Part shown: piece by piece, positions 40,513-49,058 of the stretch | How positions within the stretch are numbered: the first letter of the stretch is position 1 | How the letters are laid out: each line of letters begins with the position of its first letter | From: Candidatus Parcubacteria bacterium | GTDB taxonomy: Bacteria > Patescibacteriota > Minisyncoccia > Phycocordibacterales > JAKFXT01 | DNA: 64,000 nucleotides | NCBI GenBank assembly: GCA_021414235.1 | Contig: JAIOOV010000004.1 | Coordinates: 409,591-473,590 of the forward strand | Direction of reading: 5' to 3' | Notes under the pieces: generated by a model | Told to the model about the DNA's origin: nothing | Databases searched by the model: none | What the model saw: only the letters and a program-made list of their open reading frames with translations | Translations under genes and position numbers: made by a program

Positions 40513-41475
40513 CTAATTATTCACCGCTAACCCCAACACATGATCCAAAAAGTTCGGCAACGGCAGCCCCGCTGCCTCTAACGCCATGGTCATAGGAGCG
40601 TCCGCGTAGAGACCAGGAAGAGTATTCACTTCCAGGAGATATATGCCGCGAGAGGGCGAGACGATGCAATCTACGCGAGAGTAGTGCCGCAGACCCAAAC
40701 CTTTATGCACGTCGGAAGCCAGCTTCTCCACTTCCCTCTTCCTCTCTGCGCTGAGCGGCGAAGGACAGTGAAGCGAAGCTCTCCCTTTGCTTTTAGAATC
40801 GTAATCAAAAAACTTCGCGCCTTGCGGCTTCACTACCACGGGAAAGAGTGAGTACGCTTCATGCCCGCGAAACCCCTCCACGACCCCACAAGTCACCTCT
40901 TCGCCACGGATGTGCTCCTCAATGAGTACCGAGGTGCTATAGGCAAAAGCCTTCTTCACCGCGGCTTCCAATTCGGCGAAAGAATGTGCCACACTCACCC
41001 CGAGCGACGAGCCTGCGGAAGCGGGCTTAACCACTACCGGCATCGGAGAGGAGCGGAAGAGGAACATCAGGCGTTCCGGGAGGTTCTCCCTGATACTCAA
41101 GATGCTAGAGCGAGGAGTCTTGAAGCCCAGAGCACGGAAGCGCTCCTTGGCGAGCGTCTTCTGCATACCGACAGATGACGGCAGCACTCGTGAGCCTGTG
41201 TAGGGCACGCCGAAGGCCTCCAAAATCCGCTGCGCCTTGCCGTCTTCGCCGAATTCCCCATGGAGTGCGTTGAAAACTACATCTACGCCCGAAAGCGCTC
41301 TTCCTGGGGTCATGGGGATACCATTCCTGTGCCACGCGCCGTCTTTGCTGATGAGGATATCGGCGAGACGATGACGCTCGCGCAGAGCGCGCAGCACCAT
41401 ATTGCCCGTCTGAAGCGATATCTCATATTCGCTCGAAGGACCTCCCCGGAGCACGCCAACCATCGCGTGAGTCAT
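40513..41475 (-). CDS. ddl: D-alanine--D-alanine ligase
   Basis: GGPSSEYEIS, LHGEFGEDG, GSSLGV and LEVNTLPG motifs. Confidence 0.93.
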   Translation of the reverse strand: MTHAMVGVLRGGPSSEYEISLQTGNMVLRALRERHRLADILISKDGAWHRNGIPMTPGRALSGVDVVFNALHGEFGEDGKAQRILEAFGVPYTGSRVLPSSVGMQKTLAKERFRALGFKTPRSSILSIRENLPERLMFLFRSSPMPVVVKPASAGSSLGVSVAHSFAELEAAVKKAFAYSTSVLIEEHIRGEEVTCGVVEGFRGHEAYSLFPVVVKPQGAKFFDYDSKSKGRASLHCPSPLSAERKREVEKLASDVHKGLGLRHYSRVDCIVSPSRGIYLLEVNTLPGLYADAPMTMALEAAGLPLPNFLDHVLGLAVNN

Positions 41476-41488
41476 GAGCTAAGTATAC

Positions 41489-41700
41489 CAAAACGAAAGA
41501 GCAGGGGCGTGCCGGTGGCGCGCTCCTGCTCTTCTTATACGGCTCCTTCTTACGCCTACCTGTTCCCTGCCTTCATATGCATGAAGGACGAGTACGTTCG
41601 GTGCGGGGAGGGAGCCTCCTGCGTTCTTAGCCTCGTACACCCCGGCTCGAGGCGTGCCGTAACCCACCGGGCCACGACAGAAGCAGGAACATACTCGAAC
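41489..41700 (-). ncRNA. candidate ~210-nt structured RNA
   Basis: Promoter TTGACC-N18-TAACTT; several long-range helices; terminator-like hairpin + TTTCGTTTT; no credible ORF. Confidence 0.55.
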
Positions 41701-41732
41701 CGATAGAAGTTAAACAAAAGGCGAAAAGCAGG

Positions 41733-42983
41733 TCAAGCGCGGGTGATGAACTTTTTGCGGCGGAGATGCTTGTGATAGGCAATAGCGAAACGGTGGACCT
41801 CCTGGTTCAAAGCAAGGATCTCCTTCTCGTATTTCTTCATCATATCCGCCCTGCCCTCCAAGCGCTCGGGACGATGCCGCTCGTTCTTCACTACCGAGAC
41901 GAGCGGGATGGAAAGGTTGTGCTCCTTGAGCACCTTCTCCGCAGCGTTACGCTGCGCGAGCGCTCCGTCGAGCACAATGAGATCCGGCAGCGGCCACTCC
42001 TCGTGGGCTAACCTGCGGCGGAGCACCTCTGCGAGCGCACCTACATCGTGTGCATCCTCAAAGCCGTAGATACGGAAGCGACGGTAGTAATTCTTGGCGA
42101 ACTCGCCATCGATGGAGACCACCATGGCCCCCGCCATGGACTCTCCCGAGAGGTGCGCGATGTCGTACGCCTCCATGCGGAAGCCGCTGCGCTGCCCCAG
42201 AGAAGGATCCTGCTTGATCAGAGCGATATCGTGGATATGGAGGAGCGCTTCCAGGGTACGCTTCAGCTCCCCTGCTTTTTCGAACTCCTTCGCTTTCGCG
42301 TGCTCCTTCATCTCCTTCTCAAGAGTACGGAGGAGCGTAGCCTTCTTCCCTTCCAGGAAGAGCGCCAGGTGCTTGATCTGCTTCTTGTACGCCGCCTCAT
42401 CCGCCACCCCCGCGCAGACGCCAGGACAGAGGCCGATCTGATAGTTAAAACAAGGTTTCGGAAGCTTACCGCGGGCAATAGCTTCGGAGGCTGGCTCGCA
42501 GCGATCCCGATATGGGAAAAGTTTCCTGATTATCTTCAAAGCATCCTTCAAGACTGCTCCGTGAGGAAAAGGCCCGATGAGGTAGAGACGCTTCTTCTCC
42601 GGATATTCCAGAGGAACGTTCCTGCCACGCGAGAGGAGTACCCGCGGGAAATCCTCGCGAGTGATGACGATGTAGTTGAAGCTCTTGTCGTCTTTCTCCT
42701 GGATATTGGCCGGAGGCTGGTGCTTCTTGATGAGATTGGCTTCAAGGATCACCGCCTCGAGCACTGAATCGGTCTCGGTATAGGAAAGTGCAGTTCCCCG
42801 CGTGACCATGTCCACGATGAGAGGTCCGCGGGTATGGATGACGTCATTGTTGAAATAGCTCCGCACGCGATCACGTAGCGAAGTGGCTCTGCCGATATAG
42901 AGGATGTGGCCCTTGGCGTCCTTGAAGAAGTAGACACCCGGCGCATCCGGTAAATTGAGTTTCTTGAAATCTTCGAGGGTCAT
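41733..42983 (-). CDS. uvrC: excinuclease UvrC (short, lacks C-terminal HhH)
   Basis: GIY-YIG (PGVY..LYIGRA), UVR domain, EAYDIAH, LDGA and EVHRFAIAYH motifs. Confidence 0.92.
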   Translation of the reverse strand: MTLEDFKKLNLPDAPGVYFFKDAKGHILYIGRATSLRDRVRSYFNNDVIHTRGPLIVDMVTRGTALSYTETDSVLEAVILEANLIKKHQPPANIQEKDDKSFNYIVITREDFPRVLLSRGRNVPLEYPEKKRLYLIGPFPHGAVLKDALKIIRKLFPYRDRCEPASEAIARGKLPKPCFNYQIGLCPGVCAGVADEAAYKKQIKHLALFLEGKKATLLRTLEKEMKEHAKAKEFEKAGELKRTLEALLHIHDIALIKQDPSLGQRSGFRMEAYDIAHLSGESMAGAMVVSIDGEFAKNYYRRFRIYGFEDAHDVGALAEVLRRRLAHEEWPLPDLIVLDGALAQRNAAEKVLKEHNLSIPLVSVVKNERHRPERLEGRADMMKKYEKEILALNQEVHRFAIAYHKHLRRKKFITRA

Positions 42984-42994
42984 GGGAAGTAGGT

Positions 42995-43029
42995 TCGCCG
43001 CGACAGGACCTCCAAGGTTGTCGCGGCGA
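42995..43029 (-). promoter_or_regulatory. 11-bp hairpin immediately upstream of uvrC
   Basis: TCGCCGCGACA/TGTCGCGGCGA stem with GGAGGT inside the loop; no U-tract. Confidence 0.5.
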
Positions 43030-43042
43030 TATGGGGATGTCC

Positions 43043-43642
43043 TCATCGTGACCACTCCGAGCTGGGCACGTCCAGCCGAAGGATCCATTCCGAAGGCACA
43101 GGCTCCGACTCGCAGCCGAAGTATTTCTGAAGCAACGCGGCAAGCTGCCGAGCACGTTTCTTGGGAACCTTCTTGTTGGACAAGAAATTGCTCACCGCCT
43201 GCTCCACCTCGGTCCACAACCGATCATCCAGCCCGATCGGCGAGCCATCCTGTTCCACCCAAGAAGTCGGCGGAGCCTTCTCGAAGGACGAAAGGACGCG
43301 ATTCACTGGGGGCAGGTCGAGCCATGAGAGCCCGGCTAGGTTACGCTCCCAGAAGGCGTCGATGGCTTGCGTGATACTCTTGGCGGCCTGATCGGGACAT
43401 TGATCCAGCCATTCCGCCTGAGTGAAGGTGAGCCGAGCCAAGAAGCAGCTCAGATCCTTTGCTTTCGCCAACGACTGAAGCAATGCTTCTAAGCGCTGCT
43501 CGCGAGCCTTTTCACGGGCCTTCTGCATTTCTGCAAGCAGATTGACCCGCAGCGCCAGAGCCGGCGACATCAGGTCCACCACAGGAACGCGAGGGCGTTG
43601 ATAGTGGTGTTGGGTCTGATGCTGAACGTGACTGTCAAACAA
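43043..43642 (-). CDS. orphan hypothetical protein
   Basis: GGAGGT SD + TTG start; fills the mutM-uvrC gap. Confidence 0.65.
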   Translation of the reverse strand: MFDSHVQHQTQHHYQRPRVPVVDLMSPALALRVNLLAEMQKAREKAREQRLEALLQSLAKAKDLSCFLARLTFTQAEWLDQCPDQAAKSITQAIDAFWERNLAGLSWLDLPPVNRVLSSFEKAPPTSWVEQDGSPIGLDDRLWTEVEQAVSNFLSNKKVPKKRARQLAALLQKYFGCESEPVPSEWILRLDVPSSEWSR

Positions 43643-43731
43643 GGCGACCTCCGCAGATGAAGGAGAAGAATGGAGTGCAAGAACACTTCCTAAAGCCCAA
43701 TCCTATCTTAGACGTGCAATGTTGTCGAACC

Positions 43732-44628
43732 TCATTTCTGACACTGTGGACAATACACGGTTGTGCGTCCATTCAGCTGTATGGTAAGCAGTTTTTTGGC
43801 GCATTTCGAGCATTTCTCACCCGTTTTTCCATACACTTTATGCTCCCTCGCATAATTTCCGCGCGATCCATCGGCCAGGAGATAATCCGCGACAGAGGAG
43901 CCGCCGAGGTGTATAGCCGCATCGATAGTACGTTTGATCGCTTTGTATAACTTCTCTATCTCCGCCGAGGTGACTTTTGCAATCTGCCGCGTCGGACGCA
44001 CGCCTGCCTCATACGCCACCTCATCCGCATAGATATTACCGAGTCCAGTAACTACCTTCTGATCCATGAGCACTTTCTTGAGCGTACCCTTGCGTACTTT
44101 CAATGCATCACGGAAATATTCGAGAGTGAACGCTGGATCAAGCGGTTCCACTCCGAGATTGGAGAAATGCCCGAGCCTCTCTGCTTCCTCCAAGTTCTTG
44201 TAGTAAAGGAGATAGCCGAACATGCGCGTGTCGTTATAGAAAAGAGTTTCCCTCCCAAGATGGAAGATGAGACGGGTATGCTTGTTGGGAAGCTCACTCT
44301 CAGAGAGCTCGATAGGATGCCCTCCGGTAACGGCCTTCTTACCCTTCTCTTTGTAAACCAATTGCCCCGTCATCTTGAGATGCACGATCATGACTTTCCC
44401 ATGCGAGAAATGGAAGATGAGGTTCTTGGCGCGGCGGCTGATCGAGAGGATCTTCTCTTTCTCTAAGCCATTCATGAAAGCCTTGGTCTTTGCAGGCGTA
44501 GCTGTACGTGCATTACCAAGCCCCGACACCATCTTTGGTGCGAGCACTTCTATCCTCTTTATTGTCTGCCCCAGTACCACCTTCTCCAGGCTGCGGCGCA
44601 GGCTCTCTACCTCGGGGAGTTCCGGCAT
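43732..44628 (-). CDS. mutM: formamidopyrimidine-DNA glycosylase
   Basis: MPELPEVE, HLKMTG, GLGNIYADE and C-terminal Zn finger. Confidence 0.96.
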   Translation of the reverse strand: MPELPEVESLRRSLEKVVLGQTIKRIEVLAPKMVSGLGNARTATPAKTKAFMNGLEKEKILSISRRAKNLIFHFSHGKVMIVHLKMTGQLVYKEKGKKAVTGGHPIELSESELPNKHTRLIFHLGRETLFYNDTRMFGYLLYYKNLEEAERLGHFSNLGVEPLDPAFTLEYFRDALKVRKGTLKKVLMDQKVVTGLGNIYADEVAYEAGVRPTRQIAKVTSAEIEKLYKAIKRTIDAAIHLGGSSVADYLLADGSRGNYAREHKVYGKTGEKCSKCAKKLLTIQLNGRTTVYCPQCQK

Positions 44629-44705
44629 AGAAACATGCTAGCACATTTGACAATACTAATATGGAGTTGTTCTATTAAAATATATCAACCCTTGGGAGGC
44701 GCCCA

Positions 44706-45164
44706 ATGCAGTTCTTTCTCAACCGACTGGAGTCTCCTGCAGGACTCCGACCGCTCTCGACAACCTGCTGGATCGGCGTGACCATACCGTTCGTCCTGTT
44801 CTTCGTCGCGAATGGTCACGCGCGATATCCGTGGTACCTTCAATTCCCGCTTTTCTGGATGCTGGGTACTTCCCTGCTCGGCTTCATCGTGCTCGCGTTC
44901 CTCGGCAAAGCCGCGAAGGCGTATGCCGAAGCCAACGTGACTGAAGTGCGACGTCGAGCACTCCTCGCTCCCCTCGCCTTCGGCTTTTTCACCAGCATGC
45001 TGGTGATAAGCTGGCGTACCGGCGGGCTCCTCGCCGTCATCTTCGCGTTCGCAGCAATCATCGCCTTCTTCATGGCGATCCACTACGCCCGCAGCACATT
45101 CCTGATGGCCAAGAAGCAGGGACAGGTCGCAGCGAATGCCGCAAAACACGCGGCTTCGCGCTAA
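44706..45164 (+). CDS. 4-TM orphan membrane protein
   Basis: GGAGG SD, upstream TTGACA, downstream 15-bp hairpin. Confidence 0.7.
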   Translation: MQFFLNRLESPAGLRPLSTTCWIGVTIPFVLFFVANGHARYPWYLQFPLFWMLGTSLLGFIVLAFLGKAAKAYAEANVTEVRRRALLAPLAFGFFTSMLVISWRTGGLLAVIFAFAAIIAFFMAIHYARSTFLMAKKQGQVAANAAKHAASR

Positions 45165-45168
45165 GAAC

Positions 45169-45210
45169 AACCCCCTCCCGCGCGATGCGCGGGAGGGGGT
45201 TCGTCATTTT
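45169..45210. terminator. terminator between convergent genes
   Basis: 15-bp perfect stem AACCCCCTCCCGCGC/GCGCGGGAGGGGGTT. Confidence 0.8.
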
Positions 45211-45214
45211 TACA

Positions 45215-47803
45215 CTACGCCTTGAGCGCCTTCTTCAGATACTTGCCGGTATACGACTTAGAATTGTTAGCCACCTCTTCCGGAGTACCCTTAGCTACGA
45301 TATCTCCCCCGCCTACGCCACCATCAGGACCGATATCGATGATGTAGTCCGCGCTCTTGATGATCTCCATGTTGTGCTCGATCACCACCACGGTATTCCC
45401 CTTGTCTACCAACTTCTGCACGATCTCGATGAGCTTCTTCACGTCTTCGTAGTGGAGACCTATGCTGGGTTCGTCTAATAGGTAAATGGTCTTCTGGAGA
45501 TGTGCCCGGTAGAGCTCAGAGGATATCTTCACGCGCTGTGCCTCGCCGCCAGAGAGAGTGGTAGCGGATTGTCCGAGTTCCAAGTAACCGAGACCCACAT
45601 CCGAGAGCGTCCGCAGGCGGTCGTAGATAGATGGAATATCCTCGAAAAACTCCATGGACTCTTCCACGGTCATACGGAGCACGTCATAGATACTCTTCTT
45701 CTTGTACTTCACTTCAAGAGTCTCCTTCATGAAGCGCTTGCCGTTACAGACATCGCAGGGCACGTAGACGGTAGGCAGGAAGTGCATCTCCACAGCGATC
45801 TCTCCATTACCCTGGCAGGCTTCACAGCGACCCCCCTTCACGTTGAAGGAGAAGCGATTGGCCTTCCAGCCGCGCGCACGGGCTTCCGATGTTTCTGCAA
45901 AGAGATCACGGATGAAAGTGAAGGAGCCGGTATAGGTAGCGGGGTTGGAGCGCGGAGTGCGGCCGATAGGAGACTGGTCGATGAGGATGACACGACTCAC
46001 GTATTCGCTGCCAGTAAAGGAGGTTGCATTGAAGGTCTGATTAGAGCGGTAGCGGCGCTCAAAGCGGGCCTGCAGATTCTTGTGGAGGATCTCGTAGAGA
46101 AAAGAGGACTTACCCGAGCCGGAAACGCCAGTGACCAGCACGAGCTTACCGAGCGGAACGTCCACATTGAGATTCTTGATATTGAAAACCTTGCCGCCCT
46201 TGATCTTAAGCGCACCCTTGTCCGCCGTACGACGCGTCTCGGGGATCTCGATCTTCTTCTCGCCACGGAGATACGCGAGCGTGAGCGAACCGGAATCGTT
46301 CTTCTTAGCGGTGAGAAGCTTGTCCAAGTCCCCCGCCACTACCACGTTGCCGCCGTGCACGCCCGCGCCCGGACCTATATCCACCAGATAGTCAGAAGAG
46401 AAGATAGTATCTTCGTCATGCTCCACCACGATGATGGTGTTGCCGAGGTCGCGCAGGCGGATGAGCGTCTGGATGAGACGATCGTTGTCGCGGGAGTGGA
46501 GACCGATAGTAGGCTCATCGAGCACGTAGAGGGCACCCACAAGACCTGAGCCGAGCTGGGAAGCAAGACGGATGCGCTGGCTCTCTCCTCCCGAAAGCGT
46601 ATTGGCCCTGCGATCGAGCGTGAGATAGTCGAGGCCGACGTTCAGCATGAACTGCAGGCGCGCAGAGATCTCACGCAGCACCACCTTGGCGATGCTCTTC
46701 TCCGTAGGAGTAAGGTCGAGATCCTCGAAAAAGACGTGCGCATCTTTTATAGAAAGATTGGTCAGCTCCACGATGTTCTTCCTCTTCTCCTTGTTCCCTC
46801 CGAGGAAGACATGGAGTGCCTCCGGACGCAGACGTGCGCCGTTACAGGTAGGACACGCCTCCGAGCCGAAGAAGTGCTTAGTGCCAAGGCCGTTACAGGC
46901 AGGACAGGCTCCGTAGGGAGAGTTGAAGGAGAAGAGGCGCGGCTCGATCTCCGGGAAAGAGAAGCCGTCGTAGGGACACATGAACTTAGCGGAAATGAGA
47001 CGCTCTCCCTCAGGAGATTCCAGCTTGATGAGACCGTTCGATTCCTCAAGGGCTTTTTCTACCGCCTCCGAGAGACGCTCCCGCGCAGCAGATTTGTTAT
47101 CCCGAAACTCCGTAAGAAAGAGCTCGTCCACCAGCACGTCGATGTCGTGCTTCTTCTGCTTGGCAAGGATGATCTGCTCACGCAGGCGCTTCATCTGACC
47201 ATCCACCTTGACCCACTCGTAGCCCTTGCCGAGGAGGTCATAGAGGAGCTGGTAGTATTCACCCTTCCTACCCACCACGAGCGGAGAGAAGATCTTGATC
47301 TTGGCGTCCGAGAGCGGTACACCCATCACTTCCCCCTTCTTCTCCTTGTTGCCCTTCTCTGCCGTCTCCAGGATGGTCTCCAGGATCTCTTCGTTAGTGA
47401 GCTTGCGGATCTCGCGACCACAGGTGAGACAGTGCGGCTTACCTACGCGTGCATAGAGAATGCGGAGATAGTCATATATCTCGGTGATGGTGGCCACCGT
47501 AGAGCGAGGGTTGTTGGAGCGAGACTTCTGATCGATGGAGATGGCTGGAGAGAGGCCTACGATCTCGTCCACATCCGGCTTCTGCATCTGATTCAAGAAC
47601 TGCCGGGCATAGGCAGAGAGAGACTCCACATAACGGCGCTGGCCTTCCGCGAAGATGGTATCGAAAGCAAGGGATGATTTGCCGGAGCCGGAGAGCCCAG
47701 TGAAGACCACCATCTTGTTGCGCGGCATCTCCACCGTGATGTTCTTCAGGTTGTGAGTACGCGCACCCTTTACGATTATGCTGTCGTGTATCTTTGAGTC
47801 CAT
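45215..47803 (-). CDS. uvrA: excinuclease ABC subunit A (insertion domain deleted)
   Basis: Two Walker A motifs ([16 protein letters not shown]), two LSGGE motifs, Zn fingers. Confidence 0.97.
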   Translation of the reverse strand: MDSKIHDSIIVKGARTHNLKNITVEMPRNKMVVFTGLSGSGKSSLAFDTIFAEGQRRYVESLSAYARQFLNQMQKPDVDEIVGLSPAISIDQKSRSNNPRSTVATITEIYDYLRILYARVGKPHCLTCGREIRKLTNEEILETILETAEKGNKEKKGEVMGVPLSDAKIKIFSPLVVGRKGEYYQLLYDLLGKGYEWVKVDGQMKRLREQIILAKQKKHDIDVLVDELFLTEFRDNKSAARERLSEAVEKALEESNGLIKLESPEGERLISAKFMCPYDGFSFPEIEPRLFSFNSPYGACPACNGLGTKHFFGSEACPTCNGARLRPEALHVFLGGNKEKRKNIVELTNLSIKDAHVFFEDLDLTPTEKSIAKVVLREISARLQFMLNVGLDYLTLDRRANTLSGGESQRIRLASQLGSGLVGALYVLDEPTIGLHSRDNDRLIQTLIRLRDLGNTIIVVEHDEDTIFSSDYLVDIGPGAGVHGGNVVVAGDLDKLLTAKKNDSGSLTLAYLRGEKKIEIPETRRTADKGALKIKGGKVFNIKNLNVDVPLGKLVLVTGVSGSGKSSFLYEILHKNLQARFERRYRSNQTFNATSFTGSEYVSRVILIDQSPIGRTPRSNPATYTGSFTFIRDLFAETSEARARGWKANRFSFNVKGGRCEACQGNGEIAVEMHFLPTVYVPCDVCNGKRFMKETLEVKYKKKSIYDVLRMTVEESMEFFEDIPSIYDRLRTLSDVGLGYLELGQSATTLSGGEAQRVKISSELYRAHLQKTIYLLDEPSIGLHYEDVKKLIEIVQKLVDKGNTVVVIEHNMEIIKSADYIIDIGPDGGVGGGDIVAKGTPEEVANNSKSYTGKYLKKALKA

Positions 47804-47884
47804 ATGGATATGCCCCGCGCGGAGGCGCAGGGGGTATGTAGCAAAAAGTCTAGCATATTAGGGCTTTTTTAGCTACAACATTAT

Positions 47885-47934
47885 TTGACTTTAGTGTATT
47901 AATGGGATATAATTAGACACACGTTCTTTACACA
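47885..47934 (+). promoter_or_regulatory. sigma70 promoter followed by a boxA-like element
   Basis: TTGACT-N17-TATAAT; GTTCTTTACACA at 47923-47934. Confidence 0.7.
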
Positions 47935-47948
47935 AACACGAGGTAAGA

Positions 47949-48692
47949 ATGCCCCTCGAGAAAAGCTTAGCCCTTACCCTCCTCTTTCTGGCCCTGCTTA
48001 CCGTTGTCTTGTGGACTTCTCGAAAAGTCTGGTACAGAAAGGAGAATCGGGCCAAGAAGGCCGCCATACTCCGCCAGAGGACGGAAGAATACCGCCGCTT
48101 GGCGGATCCCAACGACCCCATGCTCCAGGAGAACGCAAAGAAGGTGCGCTGGGCAAAGCCGCTCGACGACATCCGGCGGCTCCTCCAAACCGAACGCAGT
48201 TGGATACTCCGCAAGGCGTTCTCGCTACGCCATGCGAACGAATTTTCCTGGAACCTCTTCGGCACGGATCGCGAAGAGATCATCACCACCCACCTCCTGG
48301 CGGAGATCTCCATCAAGCTTCGCCTTGGAAACGAATATGTGGAGTGGGAAATCCAGAGACTGAGGGAGAAGGCTGACAAACCTTCCTCTTCCCGCGGCGA
48401 ACTCAAAGTCGCCTTGATGGAACTTGATCACCGCCGAATCGCGATGGAGAAGACGACCAAGTTGTGCATGAAGTTCTACGCGGACTTCGTGTTCAACAAA
48501 AACTCCAAGCGCCAGAAAGGAACGAAGGACCTCACAGTCTTCAAAGCCCTCGCTAAAGAGGTCGAACAGTTCCTGAAAAGCGGAGAGTCATTCGAAGCGC
48601 TTCGCAAAGATGTGGAAACATCTTCTCGCATCATTCGAAAGGACGTAACCTCAGGCCCGGAAATTGTTGATCTCTCAGGAGGAGTGAAGTGA
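47949..48692 (+). CDS. membrane-anchored helical orphan protein
   Basis: GAGGT SD, N-terminal TM segment. Confidence 0.7.
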   Translation: MPLEKSLALTLLFLALLTVVLWTSRKVWYRKENRAKKAAILRQRTEEYRRLADPNDPMLQENAKKVRWAKPLDDIRRLLQTERSWILRKAFSLRHANEFSWNLFGTDREEIITTHLLAEISIKLRLGNEYVEWEIQRLREKADKPSSSRGELKVALMELDHRRIAMEKTTKLCMKFYADFVFNKNSKRQKGTKDLTVFKALAKEVEQFLKSGESFEALRKDVETSSRIIRKDVTSGPEIVDLSGGVK

Positions 48693-49039
48693 ACAAACTT
48701 CTTGTAGTCACCCCCCTCATCGGGCTGCTGATGGTAAGCAGCAACCAAACCGCTAGCGAAACACTGCAACCCAAGGAACCTCCTGAATTTCGCACCCTGA
48801 GCCACATCGAAAGCCGGCCAGGGCCCACCAAGGACACCAGGGACGAGGACAATCTCCTCGTACTCCTGAATCAGTGGGAGGCACGCCTCAAGGGAATGAA
48901 TCCGCTCCCAGGCCTCGAGGAGCGAATCAGAAAGCTCAAAGGCTTCATGAAGATCGAGCAGGACGAATTGCTCAATCTTCAAATCGATCTGCTCATCATC
49001 GAAACGGAGGTCTTCCTCCTCGACCTTGATCCTCCGTGA
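48689..49039 (+). CDS. secreted orphan protein
   Basis: GGAGGAG SD, GTGA overlap with the previous gene, signal-peptide-like N-terminus. Confidence 0.65.
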   Translation: MNKLLVVTPLIGLLMVSSNQTASETLQPKEPPEFRTLSHIESRPGPTKDTRDEDNLLVLLNQWEARLKGMNPLPGLEERIRKLKGFMKIEQDELLNLQIDLLIIETEVFLLDLDPP

Positions 49040-49058
49040 TCAAGGTCGTCTTCTTTTT
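49021..49058 (+). terminator. intrinsic terminator
   Basis: CGACCTTGATC/GATCAAGGTCG followed by TCTTCTTTTT. Confidence 0.75.

Noticed and set aside
41489-41700. RNase P, SRP or tmRNA identity for the structured RNA, and the 62-aa ORF 41479-41667
   Set aside because: GGCTCC/GGAGCC is superficially P4-like, but GAGGAAAGUCC, the bulged U and CGGCUUA are absent. No SRP helix 8 and no tRNA-like ends. The ORF lacks an SD and host codon bias
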